DNA from: a virus
Lineage: Duplodnaviria > Heunggongvirae > Uroviricota > Caudoviricetes
Direction: 5' to 3' (one strand)
Virus record (IMG/VR): IMGVR_UViG_3300028833_000081
Coordinates: 71,731 to 135,730 of that record
Length of the DNA: 64,000 nucleotides
The translations under genes and the position numbers were made by a program. Below the pieces are notes generated by a model. It had not been told where the DNA came from. It made no database searches and saw nothing but the letters and a program-made list of their open reading frames with translations. Numbering within the stretch: position 1 is the first letter of the stretch; each line of letters begins with the position of its first letter. Shown piece after piece: positions 1-10,686 of the stretch.

Positions 1-289
1 CAGCGCCAGCAGACGATTTATCGCCAGTAATATCACCCAATACGTCGATCTTACCATTGAAACCATCATCAATGAACGATCTGATATTGGTGATATATAG
101 ACGAATGAACGAGCCAACGATGTATTCCATCTTGCGCTGAGCTTTGAAGATGCCCGATTCCGAAATACTAGCTGATGTCATGAGTGGGAACTTGGCAATA
201 CTCTGTTTTGCGGCAATAGAAATATTAACGGAAGTCTTATGCAACTTTCCGGTAGCCACGCCATTTATTCCTCTCGTGATGTTACTCAT
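1..289 (-). CDS. hypothetical protein, 5' part only (gene continues beyond window start). Start uncertain: Met at 289, 181 or 130
   Basis: Minus-strand frame open from 352 to position 1 with no stop, so it is absent from the ORF track. Lies downstream of the terminator hairpin at 381-414. Confidence 0.3.
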   Translation of the reverse strand, partial: MSNITRGINGVATGKLHKTSVNISIAAKQSIAKFPLMTSASISESGIFKAQRKMEYIVGSFIRLYITNIRSFIDDGFNGKIDVLGDITGDKSSAGA

Positions 290-380
290 TGCCGAAGTAG
301 CAACACCGTACAGAAAATCGATAATCAAGGTATACCCCCGATGTGTTAAAAGTTTATTCAATCTTTAGTTTTGTTATAAA

Positions 381-414
381 ATATAGAGAGAACTATGGGT
401 TCTCTCTATATAAT
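381..414 (-). terminator. rho-independent terminator after the 1529-aa gene
   Basis: Perfect 13-bp inverted repeat atatagagagaac/gttctctctatat, followed on the minus strand by a T-rich run. Confidence 0.6.
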
Positions 415-418
415 TGTG

Positions 419-3400
419 CTATTTACCATTCCAGATTTCTTCAACACGTTCCTTTAGACCAACCAACGCCTTGTTAGTGTATCCGAGGAAGAACACATCC
501 GGCACCTTACGGTTTACAACACCATAGGGGCTAGTACATGCATCAATCGGCTTATCAGGTCTATATTCAGAAATCGGAGTCTCGTTCTGAGGCAGAATAC
601 GGCTAACGATACTCTTCAGTGCCACGTCATACGTGAGCTTGTCACCGCAAGAATAATCGAGCAAGTGTGAGATGTAGAAGTTAATCATAACTCCTTCAAA
701 CGGAACACCCTTAGCCTTACTGTATTTGGCAATCTCGGTATCCTTACGCCTTACGAGCTGATCCTGTCTAACGTCAGCACAGACCTTGTTCACTGTTTCA
801 ACACTCTTGATATAAGCATTGATCAGCTTCTGCAAGCTCTCGCTGTATTCTTCGATGGGCTTATCATAGAACACTTCGATGTCTACAATAGTACCTTCGT
901 ACTTAGAAAGCTTAGAGTTTCTTGCATTAGCTTCAAGAGCTTCAGCCGTATCTTCATCCAGCTTGGAAAGCAACGAAGAGATTTCCTTACTTTCAAGGCT
1001 ACTTTCGAATACTGCCAAAGGTTCGCCTACCTTGATCTTGTCACCAACTTTCTTGATAGAAATCAAGTTAGAATCAGCAGTTAGACCAAGAGAAGTCTGT
1101 TCGATGACTTCGGAAGCCAGCTTTTCGGACAAGTTTTGACCAATTACGGAAGCATCTTCGTATGTCTGGTCTAGGCCACAGATTGCAACCTTAGCCAAGA
1201 CACCCTTAGACATTTCAATACCGTCTGCAGCATCTTCTGTGAAGAAGTGTTTATCAAAAGCCAGAACTTCATTCTCCTTGAACTTGTATCCAGCCTTGAC
1301 ACCCTTCTTCAATTCGTATTCAATATGAACAAAGAATCCAGAAGGAGTTCTACAGTACTTAGGACTCATATCGATAATGCCCTTAGTGCCATCATTGTAT
1401 TCGAGCTTCAGCAGGTATTTAACCTTGGAGTCAAATCCCTTAACTACGCCATCGCACGGAGCCTTAAAACAGTAGTCCTGAGACACAATGTTAGGAATAG
1501 CCTTGTACACGCCATTAGAGACAAGAGCCTTCGTCATGCCGACAGACGGAATCATATGACCAGTCTGAAGCACGCACATCATAGATCTTGCCGGGTCTGC
1601 ATGGTTCGGAGTAAAGGAAGCCGTAAGCTCGCCAGTACTATAGCACGATGTAGCGGAGATCTTGTTAGGATCTACCTGCTTCAAATATCCTCTCTTAGAT
1701 ACGACAGAGGAGTTCATGGACAATTTCTTGTTCATGCCAGCATTTCCATCGTAGGAAGAAGAGTAGCCATAGATACCAATCATACTCTTATCGAAGAAAC
1801 GGTGTTCTTCAGTACCCTGAGCATGTTGATAGTCAGGAGCACCGGGGCCTTTGAAGATGGCTTTAGCCATGTTTTCGCAGTCCTTGACCGGGTTAATCAA
1901 AGTGGAATCTTCGAAATTAGCAGTATCATTGATTTCTTCCATCAATGCATTACGCTTGATCTTGAAAGCTCCACCAGTACCAGTACCAGTTCTTCTATAA
2001 GATTCGATTTCTCTAGCCACGATCTTGTAAAGCATGGCGTTGATACATTCGGTATTACGGACACGATAGATTTCAGTATCAAAGCGTCTGTGGAACATGG
2101 AGTCGATCAACAGATCGTTACAATACAGGAAGCTACCAACGAGATCATTAGGAATGCCCTTATCTCTCAAGATATCCTTGGTAATAGGATCAATGAAGAG
2201 CACATAGAAGTTATCAAGGGCTCTGCCATATCTCGGAGTCAACTTGTCGGCAAAGTAATCAACGAAGCCTTGTCCGCTTGCGCCGTATTCTTCAACATTG
2301 TGCTTAGATGTTTCAAGCTGATGAAGACCGTTATAGAGCAAGTTATGGACAGGGTTAGTGTCCTTGAATACCAAGTAACCATTCTTAAACTTGATAGCTT
2401 CGGGGTATTCTTCAGATGCAGCAGGTCTATCCATACCCTTTTCAATAGGTAAGAACTTATAGTCTACGCCATAAGTATCAAAGATCTTTTCAATGCCTTC
2501 TTTATATCCCAAGAATACAATAAGCGGAATGTAAGCATTAGCCACTTCAAGCTTGGTAAACATCAGGCTAGATCCGGTATACTTACTGTTCTCAAGGATA
2601 TCGCTAATAGTCTTAGAGGATTCCTTGGCAGCAGCACTTATAAGTCCACACACAGATGGAGCAACTTCAGTCGGAGTATCTTTTTCAAGCATCATGACTT
2701 CACCGCTGATAGCAGCAAAGAGCATGTTACCCTTGTAGGTTCCGATATAGTTGTACTTATCTTCAGGGAAGAATTCTGCAATCTTTTCTTTATCCACAGA
2801 AGGTTTCTCAAGAGCTTCAACGCACTTCTTAGGATCAAAGTCAATTATAAGACTACCGATCTTGAGATACACAAGGAATTTGCTAATTTCTTCATATTCA
2901 AGGTTAAGAGCCTTACCGAATTTCTTTCTGTAACCTCTTCCTTGGACAATAAGAGCACCATCAGCAGTAGTCTTTCTTTCCTCATAGAGCTTTGCAATGC
3001 CTTTCTTCAAGGATGCAACCTTGCGGTTCAAGCTCTGTGTAGATCTAGAGATAAAGATCTTGTTATAGGAAGTAGAGTACTGTACAACCGGATCACCAGA
3101 TTGCCATACCTTAACGATAGGCATCAGAGTAATCTGTGTAGTGATCTGCTTTCTGTTACCTTGCAGATAAAGAAATCCGTCTTGGTCAACCTTCGGGATA
3201 TCCACGATAAGAGACTTCGGAGCGCCACCAGCAATGTTGAATTTGACATTGATGGTTTCCTTAGCATTGTAGGCATCAGAAGAGTCTTCCTTAGAGATAG
3301 AACTTACAAAGATCGGGAATTCGGAAGATTCAGAGAAGCTTGTAAAGATTCTGTACTGGTCATAATCATACAGATCCCTTTTATAAGCCTTTCTCAATGC

Positions 3401-5008
3401 CGGAACAATGGCTTTGTTCATTTCTTCATTGACGGCAGTAGTCTTGAACTCTTCGGGTTCCAGATTAGTATCTTCTAGTTCTTTAAGCTTTTCCTTAAGC
3501 GGAATGGTCTTACCATTGATGGTAAGAACAGCCTCTTCTTGTTTCTCTTCAAGCTGAGTAACGGCTTCAGCCTTCCTAATGTTCTGAACTTCCTGCAGTC
3601 TGTTAGCTTTAAGTTCAGTCTTGAGATCATTGACTCTAGTATCGTCATTGATCATTTTCATCAATTCATCAAAGGTCTTGCCCTTAGCTTCAGCACTGAT
3701 TTCATCAACACGATCCTTGATGGTATAAACGAGTTCCTTCTGTTCACTGGTCAAAGGAACGCTATTATTCATACCGGGAACACTCTTGATAATCTCTTCT
3801 TTCTTTTCAGCCAGAATGGGATTCTCTTCGGATCTGTCAATGAAAATCTTTACACCATTGACAGTATCACCGCTCTTCTTGATACCGATAATCTTGAACT
3901 GTTCAAGCTGAACAGAACCTTTGGATTTGTAGAAATTCTTGTTTTTCTCAAGAGTCTTAAAGGAATCATCTGTAGCTTTCAATCTATACAAGGCAATGGT
4001 CTTATTCATCATAGCCTTGATAGCATCGGCAGACTGGTCGTCGCCAGTGAAGATAATAGAATCTTCTACAGGATTACAAGCGGCATTGGGGTAAGTAGAA
4101 TTGATATAACTAGTAATAGCATCGACAGTAGAAGTATAAAGCTTAGTTCTAGAAGGAAATGTTTGGCTCTTTCCAGAGACAGCTCTTTCAACCATGAACA
4201 GATCAGTGGTAGTCTTTGTCTTTTCGACAGGAGCTTCTCCTTCAAGTTCTTCATTGAGATCCTCCTCCGTAATCTTCTGGTCGGTAGTTCCCTTGTAGCA
4301 CAGATTGACCATCCATCTGAATCTAGCAAAGGTCAGCTTATTAATATCCGGAGGGATGACAAACGTAAATCCAGACTTGGGTTCGTACAAGATGCACTTC
4401 CTGCCATAGAAAGGCCAGAAAGTCGGATCATCTTTAATAAAGGCATTCTTTGCAGCAAGATAGAACAAGGATCCAATGCAAAGACCTCTGATTCTCTGGG
4501 ATTCATTATCGCTGAAGTCTTTTCCGAAGATACTACCATCAATGACAACGTACTTGTCTTTATAAATATCTTCCTTACCACGCTTCATAATTACACTTTG
4601 CACTGCTGCAAAGTTTCTAATGAAGGCCATCTTATTCTTAGCGCCTGGGATTTCGAACAATCTGTTCAATTCCTGATACGTAGAGAAATAGGTATTCTTC
4701 AATCTGAGCTGGCCTTGGTTAAGCGGTGTCAGAGAGATACCAGTCTTTTCCTTGACCTGTTCATAGACAGCAAGTCTTTCTGTCTGAATGGTTCTCTTGA
4801 AGACAGACTTATCAAAGAATTTATCCAAATAGAAACAGCGAATATGCTGAGGATCGAACAGTCTGCTGTTCATGATTTGAATCATGTTTTCCAAACTTTC
4901 GGAAAAAATAAGAACGCTATTTTCATACTGCTTACGTTTAGTCGTAAAGACTATCGTAAGATTCTTAAATAGCTTGTACGGCTTTAGGAATTCAAATTTA
5001 GCTCTCAT
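419..5008 (-). CDS. giant virion-associated protein (about 1529 aa), function unknown
   Basis: 4.7-kb uninterrupted ORF. Start moved to Met58 (MRAKFEF) because AGGA lies 8 nt upstream; the first 57 aa of the track ORF look like run-on. Position beside the fibre-like gene suggests a structural role. No polymerase motifs found. Confidence 0.6.
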   Translation of the reverse strand: MRAKFEFLKPYKLFKNLTIVFTTKRKQYENSVLIFSESLENMIQIMNSRLFDPQHIRCFYLDKFFDKSVFKRTIQTERLAVYEQVKEKTGISLTPLNQGQLRLKNTYFSTYQELNRLFEIPGAKNKMAFIRNFAAVQSVIMKRGKEDIYKDKYVVIDGSIFGKDFSDNESQRIRGLCIGSLFYLAAKNAFIKDDPTFWPFYGRKCILYEPKSGFTFVIPPDINKLTFARFRWMVNLCYKGTTDQKITEEDLNEELEGEAPVEKTKTTTDLFMVERAVSGKSQTFPSRTKLYTSTVDAITSYINSTYPNAACNPVEDSIIFTGDDQSADAIKAMMNKTIALYRLKATDDSFKTLEKNKNFYKSKGSVQLEQFKIIGIKKSGDTVNGVKIFIDRSEENPILAEKKEEIIKSVPGMNNSVPLTSEQKELVYTIKDRVDEISAEAKGKTFDELMKMINDDTRVNDLKTELKANRLQEVQNIRKAEAVTQLEEKQEEAVLTINGKTIPLKEKLKELEDTNLEPEEFKTTAVNEEMNKAIVPALRKAYKRDLYDYDQYRIFTSFSESSEFPIFVSSISKEDSSDAYNAKETINVKFNIAGGAPKSLIVDIPKVDQDGFLYLQGNRKQITTQITLMPIVKVWQSGDPVVQYSTSYNKIFISRSTQSLNRKVASLKKGIAKLYEERKTTADGALIVQGRGYRKKFGKALNLEYEEISKFLVYLKIGSLIIDFDPKKCVEALEKPSVDKEKIAEFFPEDKYNYIGTYKGNMLFAAISGEVMMLEKDTPTEVAPSVCGLISAAAKESSKTISDILENSKYTGSSLMFTKLEVANAYIPLIVFLGYKEGIEKIFDTYGVDYKFLPIEKGMDRPAASEEYPEAIKFKNGYLVFKDTNPVHNLLYNGLHQLETSKHNVEEYGASGQGFVDYFADKLTPRYGRALDNFYVLFIDPITKDILRDKGIPNDLVGSFLYCNDLLIDSMFHRRFDTEIYRVRNTECINAMLYKIVAREIESYRRTGTGTGGAFKIKRNALMEEINDTANFEDSTLINPVKDCENMAKAIFKGPGAPDYQHAQGTEEHRFFDKSMIGIYGYSSSYDGNAGMNKKLSMNSSVVSKRGYLKQVDPNKISATSCYSTGELTASFTPNHADPARSMMCVLQTGHMIPSVGMTKALVSNGVYKAIPNIVSQDYCFKAPCDGVVKGFDSKVKYLLKLEYNDGTKGIIDMSPKYCRTPSGFFVHIEYELKKGVKAGYKFKENEVLAFDKHFFTEDAADGIEMSKGVLAKVAICGLDQTYEDASVIGQNLSEKLASEVIEQTSLGLTADSNLISIKKVGDKIKVGEPLAVFESSLESKEISSLLSKLDEDTAEALEANARNSKLSKYEGTIVDIEVFYDKPIEEYSESLQKLINAYIKSVETVNKVCADVRQDQLVRRKDTEIAKYSKAKGVPFEGVMINFYISHLLDYSCGDKLTYDVALKSIVSRILPQNETPISEYRPDKPIDACTSPYGVVNRKVPDVFFLGYTNKALVGLKERVEEIWNGK

Positions 5009-5096
5009 GAGGAATCCTTGTTTAGTTCTAATATGGAGTTCCATACAAAAAAGAAAGCCCGTCCTTGGATAAATCCTTAGATGAGCCGGGAAAACC

Positions 5097-5402
5097 CTAG
5101 TGAATGTTCTTCTTGCACTCGTTCCAGATGTTTGCAGCGATCTTGCTGTGCTTGGAAGCATCTTCGGCATGAACCGCAAGACGGAACACAGTCCAACCGA
5201 CCTTCACTTCGTCACGAGCGCTGATGGAGCTCTCGAAATCGGAGATGTCATCAATGAGACGACGAATGTCGGTTGCCTTGCTGCTTTCCGGATCGGGATC
5301 AACTTCAGACCAGCCGAGGAGCTTGAGCTCCTTCCCGAGTTCGACCTTGCTAGCCTTCAAGTCTTCCAAAAGGGTAGTTACCTGTTCTTTGTCCATCTTC
5401 AT
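5097..5402 (-). CDS. small acidic coiled-coil protein with GC3-rich codon usage (possible moron)
   Basis: 101-aa ORF. RBS aaagga sits 8 nt upstream of the ATG. Codons are G/C-ending, unlike neighbouring genes. Lies between the two giant genes, same strand. Confidence 0.45.
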   Translation of the reverse strand: MKMDKEQVTTLLEDLKASKVELGKELKLLGWSEVDPDPESSKATDIRRLIDDISDFESSISARDEVKVGWTVFRLAVHAEDASKHSKIAANIWNECKKNIH

Positions 5403-5474
5403 GGTTTTGTCCTTTGTGACTCGTCATTAGGATCAAGAGCAATCACTCGATATACTCAGGAATGACATTTGAAT

Positions 5475-5501
5475 CACCCTAATTATTAAATAATTAGGGT
5501 G
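5475..5501 (-). terminator. hairpin after the fibre-like gene
   Basis: 12-bp inverted repeat caccctaattat/ataattagggtg with a 3-nt loop. Confidence 0.45.
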
Positions 5502-5514
5502 TTCAAATTTACGG

Positions 5515-8500
5515 TTAAGATTGGAGACCGTCGAAACCGCCGCCGCAGATAACAAGTCTATCGAAGTTCTTATTATTAAACTGGAAGAATGTTGATCCGG
5601 TCTGGAATAATGCGCGAGTGTTCTTAGTCATCAGAGTCATATTGCTCAGGGCATTGAGTAAATAGTTATCTGATGCTGAATAGGTCATGATACCTAGACC
5701 GTTAGTCCAAGATTCAACCTCATAGCGAAGAGCCGTGTTATTGGGTGTTGAAATTATCTTTGTTGGTATCAGCAGAATATCTCTGTATTTTGCTTCAATC
5801 CCATATCCAATAACACGTATCCTATAATACGACGGAGATTTGGAAAAGATCATTTGCGCTATGGCGAGCGGGGATAGATCTCCGATGTCACTTGAAGCAT
5901 AGTAATTTCCACTGCTGACTTTGTATTTGTAATAAGAAAATACACTGCCAGCACTGTCGTTACTGGTTGAGTTAAACAGCCGTTTGACACGCATATTTTC
6001 GATATGGCTGTTAAGTAAACTCTCGGTTTCTATATTTAACATCGGCGCTAAGAAAGAATACTTGGGTACTCCGTTTATCGATATCGTAACCGGAACATAT
6101 CTTCCGAGATTCATTTCAGAGGCACTTTCGGAATGTTCGCCAGTGATTTGCGGATAATTTGACGAATTACCGCCACCAACAGTATACTCAATCTCGTCTA
6201 TTGGTGCCGAGAGAGCCTTTATTTCGCCATTATCAATATATACACCGTTACCAGCATCACCAATGTTTGCCGTGCATGCAAGAACCTGTCCGGACTGAAC
6301 GTATACAAACTTGTTGTTAGCGCCCTTACTTCCAGTGATACCAGAATTTGTTGCAGCTATAATACTAGCCCAAGAAGCTCTGCTCACTTCCTCGAATTTG
6401 TCAGCATTATTTTTGAAGGAAAATCCCTGTCCAGTACAATCTGTAGCTCTACGGTCACTATTGGCGGTGCCTTTGTTGTAGACAGCCAATGCTCCCGGAG
6501 TTAGTTTAGTACGGGCTGAACCGACGCCGCTACCTCCTGTCAGCCATATACCGTCACCGCCTTGTATAGCAACTTCGCATTCTGCTGTACCATTCTTTAG
6601 TCTATTATTAGCCCAACACGATAGTCCTTCTTCGCCAATGATAGTATGACCATCATAGTACAGTTCGGGATCGCCGTATCCTGAATAAAGCTCGTAATTC
6701 CTTGTTCCAACGAAGACACCATTTTTTTGGCCAGCACGCATCTCTCTAGTGCTTCCCTCGAATGTTCCAGTTTCAATACCAGGAATCTTAATAAAATTAC
6801 GATCCACATCCTTAGCGTCTATCACAATCTTGTAATAGTTTCTGTACGGGCCGCTTGTAATGGCCCAGAACATGCCCTTGCCTGGTGTAAGCTCACTAGC
6901 AGCAAAGGTGAAATCAGATGCAGTCCGGTTAGAGAATTCTGTCAGGATACGCTGGTTAAATATATACGAGCCTGTTGGAGACCAAGATGTAGTAGACGGG
7001 CCAAATGCGTCGCCAATCCCAATATGGTCAGCAAAGATTTCAGTATAATCGTTCTTAAGATTAGTCGAACTCTGTTTTTCATATCTTCTAAGGATAATAG
7101 ATGCTTGTGCCTCAAACGGATCACCATCCCTATAGGAATGTGCATCTATATCTATAGAAGAGTAAGCATAACCAGAGTTATAATTGGAAGCAATACTAAT
7201 AGATCCTCTATTTCTGTTATCGCTATCCGAAGATGTAGATTTTATTGTAATAGAACCATTAGTGTTCTTATACTCAGAACGAGCTCCTTTAGAATCGACA
7301 TTGTTATAGAGAGAATTGTAGAAGTCATATGCTATACCATGCATAGCTCCAGAGCTATTAACAGATCCTTCTATAACCTGTACCATAGTGTCATTGTAGC
7401 CAATTCTATAGACAGTATCGATATTAGAAGACGTAAGTTTAATAGTATTGCCGTAATCATAGATAGATGAGAAATTTCTATCAAGAGTAAATTCGAACGT
7501 ACCATAATCACTACTAGTGCTCATAGTAGCACGTAGCACTTTTTCTACATTGGATTCTTGATAGGTAGACTTAAGAATCAAAGCGCTCTTAGTATCTCTG
7601 TAGTATTCGCCGACATCCTCTCCTGCCATGAGCTTAGCAATATCAGCACCATTCTTAGACGAAAGAGTCTCGTTAACACTGTTCGCCTGAACAGTTGTTT
7701 GTGCATAATCGTTAGAACTGAATTCAAGAAGATCGCTAACTTGCACCTTAGAAGCGGTACGAACAGTTTGAGCAATACTTCCGTCATCATCAACACTTTG
7801 CGTGATTGTATTATTATTAGCGTCGCTCTTAGCTTCGAACGATGTCTGGTAATTACCACTACCAGATACAACATCACTCTTGGCAAAGATTCTGCTATAG
7901 CTACTGGAGGCATCAAGCTGAATGGAATGGTCATCGCTATCAGTGTTACTTTCAGCTACACGCAGAGTAGCACTACCGCCACTAGCACTCTGGAAATCTA
8001 CGCTAACATTATTGCCGTTAGACTGGATATACGAATGGTTATTCGTAGCCTTATCCATCTTAAAGCTATAGTCACCATTTTTAGCTACAGACATGTTAGC
8101 GGAAGATGTTCCGTTAACATTGCTAATAGTATTCGTTCTTACGCCATTGTCTATTGTGCTCTTCGCTTCAATAGAGCTGGAAGAATCATAACAGAGCGTT
8201 TCGTATACCTTCTCGTTAGAAGAATCAGTCTTATCGACAACACGATCGATATAAGAGCCGTTGGATTCCAACTTCTCTTCAGCTTTCTTGTTAGAAAGCT
8301 TCATTGTCTCTTTTTCATTTCCTCTATCGTAGGAAACTTCGATAGTGTCATTAGCACTAGCTCCTGCAATGATCTTTTTATCAGTGATACGATATGCAGA
8401 ATCATCTTTATAGAGCTTTTCTTCTGTCTTTAGCTTGTCACCATTGTTATAGGTTCCGTAAGTCTTTACTTCGGATGCCTTGTCAACATCAACAGTATCA

Positions 8501-10608
8501 GTAATCGTAGAATTAGAAGAAGTATTCTTAATTCCTTCGGTAACATAACCAGCACCGGATGCACCGTTGCTTACAAGTTTAACTTCGTGGATCTGTCCAT
8601 TATTATCGTTAGCACCACTGGTATGAATATGTTCCTTCGTATCAATGGTATGTGTAATGCCATTTCCTGTATTTGCTACAATGTCCTTAGATTCATTAAT
8701 AGTATAATTGTTACCGCTTCCAGAAACTTCGGTAACGCTAGAGGACTTTCTCTTCAGTTCCTTTGTTTCAGTAATACTATCAACAGAATTTTCACGAGAG
8801 ATTACACTCTTCTGTTCAATATCAGAAGTGACATTACTAGTTTCTGTAATTTTCTGCGTAGACCATTCTTCTACAGTTTGGCTATTAATACCATCATAGG
8901 AATCCGTTTTTCTAACTTGATCCTTGGTAATCTCAAGCTTATCAGAACCAGTTTTAGCATTAACACTCTTAGACTCTACAGTAACCTTATGATTTTCAGC
9001 AGTAGATCCGTCGATATCAATCTTTGTGCCAGCCTTTTCCGTAGAGCTATCTTTTTCGGAAATATGTACGTAAGACTTAGTCTGGGATTCTACATTAACA
9101 CCAGAACTATTCTGCGTAGTGTCTGCACTAATTTCTACTTTTTCGTTGTTGGACTGTACATTAGTAGATGCCTTAGCGCCACTTACTGTTTCTGTGATAT
9201 TACTGTTGTTGTTTTTGATTACGGTTTCACTAGGCTTTACAGAGGTATAAATCTCCTTATCATTACTAGTGATCTGAGCTTCGGACATGGACATTTCTGC
9301 CGCTGTCATGTGCATTGCGTCATCAACAAAAGCTACATTATATAGGAGAATGGAGCCACTCTTGATGGATGCAACATATCCTTCCCCAAGATAATAAATC
9401 TTGGAGAAATCTGCTTCGGAATAGTATGCAGCGTTCTCAAAAAGCTTAGAGAACAAGGTGTTATCAAGGTGTTCGTGGACAGAAACTAGATACCATTTAT
9501 TACCAAAGTTTCTAATAGCGAAAGCCTTGGAATTTCTAAGTTCCTCGTCATTCTTTTTGTATGCCTGATAGTCAATATCATCAATGAAACCAGTAGAGGC
9601 GCTACTTCCTAGATTAATACCAACCTGCTTGCCGTCAACAGAGACAGCTTGATCCTGTGTAACAGATACAAGAGAATTAATACCAAGGGAATGTGCTCTA
9701 GAAAGATTCGGGATCGTTGCAATAGTATAAGAATAGTAAGAACCATTGTAAGAAATGGTCGCTACATTATTTCCGCTAAAGGCATGATAAGTAGTGCTCT
9801 TACCTTCGATTCCATTAATAACAGGACAGAACTCCTGAACAGCCTTTGGAATAGAATGCTCGAAAGAGTATCCAGAAAGAGAGGCACCTGATATCGAAAC
9901 TTTAGTCTTAATATCTTCGTGAAGGTTGATAAGGCTCAATGCGCCATTATCAATCACTAGAAATACACCTTCTTCAGAAATCTGAAGAATAGAGTTTGCT
10001 TTTCTACCTAGAACGTGAAACTCTTCCGATCTAGTAAACATGTCTTCGTCTTCTTCAGATTCAGGAGTATCAGTCTTAAGAACAAAAAGCTCGAGAGTGT
10101 TGTCACTATACTTAACAAGGAAACCCATGCCAGCCGCAGTACGACACATAAAGATTCTTTCGGCGTTAGACCCGGCATTGAAAGCAAAGTTGAGCCGGAG
10201 TTCGGACTTTCTCAGTACACCGTTAAAGTCCTTGTACTCTACTCTACCAGTATTTCCTGTTTTAAGGATGGCTACGTACAGTTCATCCAAAGAAGTAATA
10301 TCTTTGATGTCCGTAGCTCTTCCGAGAATTTTATCATAAGACTCAAGAGTGCCTCTAGCCTTCAGATATTCGCCATTTTCGGTAAGAACATCGTAGTCAG
10401 AGTCATCGCCCATACAAACATACTTATGTACACCATTGTCGATAATGTGTGTATACACATTACCGAGCTTGTCAATAAAGATCTCTCCAACTCTAGGAAG
10501 ATCCGGATCCATAATTCTAGGTACATTACTATGTACAGGAGGATCGTAAGGCGTTCCAACGGAATTAGTCCAAGTCCATTTCAAAGGCTTAATAATAAAG
10601 CGACTCAT
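5515..10608 (-). CDS. tail fibre or receptor-binding-like giant structural protein (about 1697 aa)
   Basis: 5.1-kb ORF. Start at MSRFII has AAGGAG 6 nt upstream. Central 900 aa is extremely Ser/Thr/Asn/Asp-rich with short repeats, typical of fibres or adhesins. The C-terminal 400 aa is Gly/Tyr-rich and globular. Confidence 0.6.
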   Translation of the reverse strand: MSRFIIKPLKWTWTNSVGTPYDPPVHSNVPRIMDPDLPRVGEIFIDKLGNVYTHIIDNGVHKYVCMGDDSDYDVLTENGEYLKARGTLESYDKILGRATDIKDITSLDELYVAILKTGNTGRVEYKDFNGVLRKSELRLNFAFNAGSNAERIFMCRTAAGMGFLVKYSDNTLELFVLKTDTPESEEDEDMFTRSEEFHVLGRKANSILQISEEGVFLVIDNGALSLINLHEDIKTKVSISGASLSGYSFEHSIPKAVQEFCPVINGIEGKSTTYHAFSGNNVATISYNGSYYSYTIATIPNLSRAHSLGINSLVSVTQDQAVSVDGKQVGINLGSSASTGFIDDIDYQAYKKNDEELRNSKAFAIRNFGNKWYLVSVHEHLDNTLFSKLFENAAYYSEADFSKIYYLGEGYVASIKSGSILLYNVAFVDDAMHMTAAEMSMSEAQITSNDKEIYTSVKPSETVIKNNNSNITETVSGAKASTNVQSNNEKVEISADTTQNSSGVNVESQTKSYVHISEKDSSTEKAGTKIDIDGSTAENHKVTVESKSVNAKTGSDKLEITKDQVRKTDSYDGINSQTVEEWSTQKITETSNVTSDIEQKSVISRENSVDSITETKELKRKSSSVTEVSGSGNNYTINESKDIVANTGNGITHTIDTKEHIHTSGANDNNGQIHEVKLVSNGASGAGYVTEGIKNTSSNSTITDTVDVDKASEVKTYGTYNNGDKLKTEEKLYKDDSAYRITDKKIIAGASANDTIEVSYDRGNEKETMKLSNKKAEEKLESNGSYIDRVVDKTDSSNEKVYETLCYDSSSSIEAKSTIDNGVRTNTISNVNGTSSANMSVAKNGDYSFKMDKATNNHSYIQSNGNNVSVDFQSASGGSATLRVAESNTDSDDHSIQLDASSSYSRIFAKSDVVSGSGNYQTSFEAKSDANNNTITQSVDDDGSIAQTVRTASKVQVSDLLEFSSNDYAQTTVQANSVNETLSSKNGADIAKLMAGEDVGEYYRDTKSALILKSTYQESNVEKVLRATMSTSSDYGTFEFTLDRNFSSIYDYGNTIKLTSSNIDTVYRIGYNDTMVQVIEGSVNSSGAMHGIAYDFYNSLYNNVDSKGARSEYKNTNGSITIKSTSSDSDNRNRGSISIASNYNSGYAYSSIDIDAHSYRDGDPFEAQASIILRRYEKQSSTNLKNDYTEIFADHIGIGDAFGPSTTSWSPTGSYIFNQRILTEFSNRTASDFTFAASELTPGKGMFWAITSGPYRNYYKIVIDAKDVDRNFIKIPGIETGTFEGSTREMRAGQKNGVFVGTRNYELYSGYGDPELYYDGHTIIGEEGLSCWANNRLKNGTAECEVAIQGGDGIWLTGGSGVGSARTKLTPGALAVYNKGTANSDRRATDCTGQGFSFKNNADKFEEVSRASWASIIAATNSGITGSKGANNKFVYVQSGQVLACTANIGDAGNGVYIDNGEIKALSAPIDEIEYTVGGGNSSNYPQITGEHSESASEMNLGRYVPVTISINGVPKYSFLAPMLNIETESLLNSHIENMRVKRLFNSTSNDSAGSVFSYYKYKVSSGNYYASSDIGDLSPLAIAQMIFSKSPSYYRIRVIGYGIEAKYRDILLIPTKIISTPNNTALRYEVESWTNGLGIMTYSASDNYLLNALSNMTLMTKNTRALFQTGSTFFQFNNKNFDRLVICGGGFDGLQS

Positions 10609-10686
10609 AAAGTCTCCTTGCATTTGATTATCAATGATAAAGTTTTTGTAAAAAATTCCAGTATGGAAATACCATACTGGATAATT

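Noticed and set aside
1247-4972. Plus-strand ORFs (1247-2452, 2942-3478, 3539-4972 and others) inside the giant minus-strand gene
   Set aside because: These are antisense shadow ORFs of a long, high-quality minus-strand CDS. Their composition is low-complexity and they have no RBSs.
419-5008. Giant minus-strand protein as multisubunit RNA polymerase beta/beta-prime fusion or DNA polymerase
   Set aside because: Manual scan of the 1586-aa translation found no NADFDGD, GDKxxxRHGxKG, DxDGD, YGDTDS or family-A polymerase motifs. A faint GDK segment alone is not enough evidence.
5100-5465. Plus-strand 121-aa ORF overlapping the GC3-rich gene
   Set aside because: Opposite-strand shadow of the minus-strand ORF, which has an RBS and coherent coiled-coil sequence.
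6727-9345. Plus-strand ORFs (6727-7470, 7558-8433, 8587-9345) inside the fibre-like gene
   Set aside because: Antisense shadows of the 5.1-kb minus-strand ORF. Composition is Ile/Arg/Ser-rich and nonsensical.
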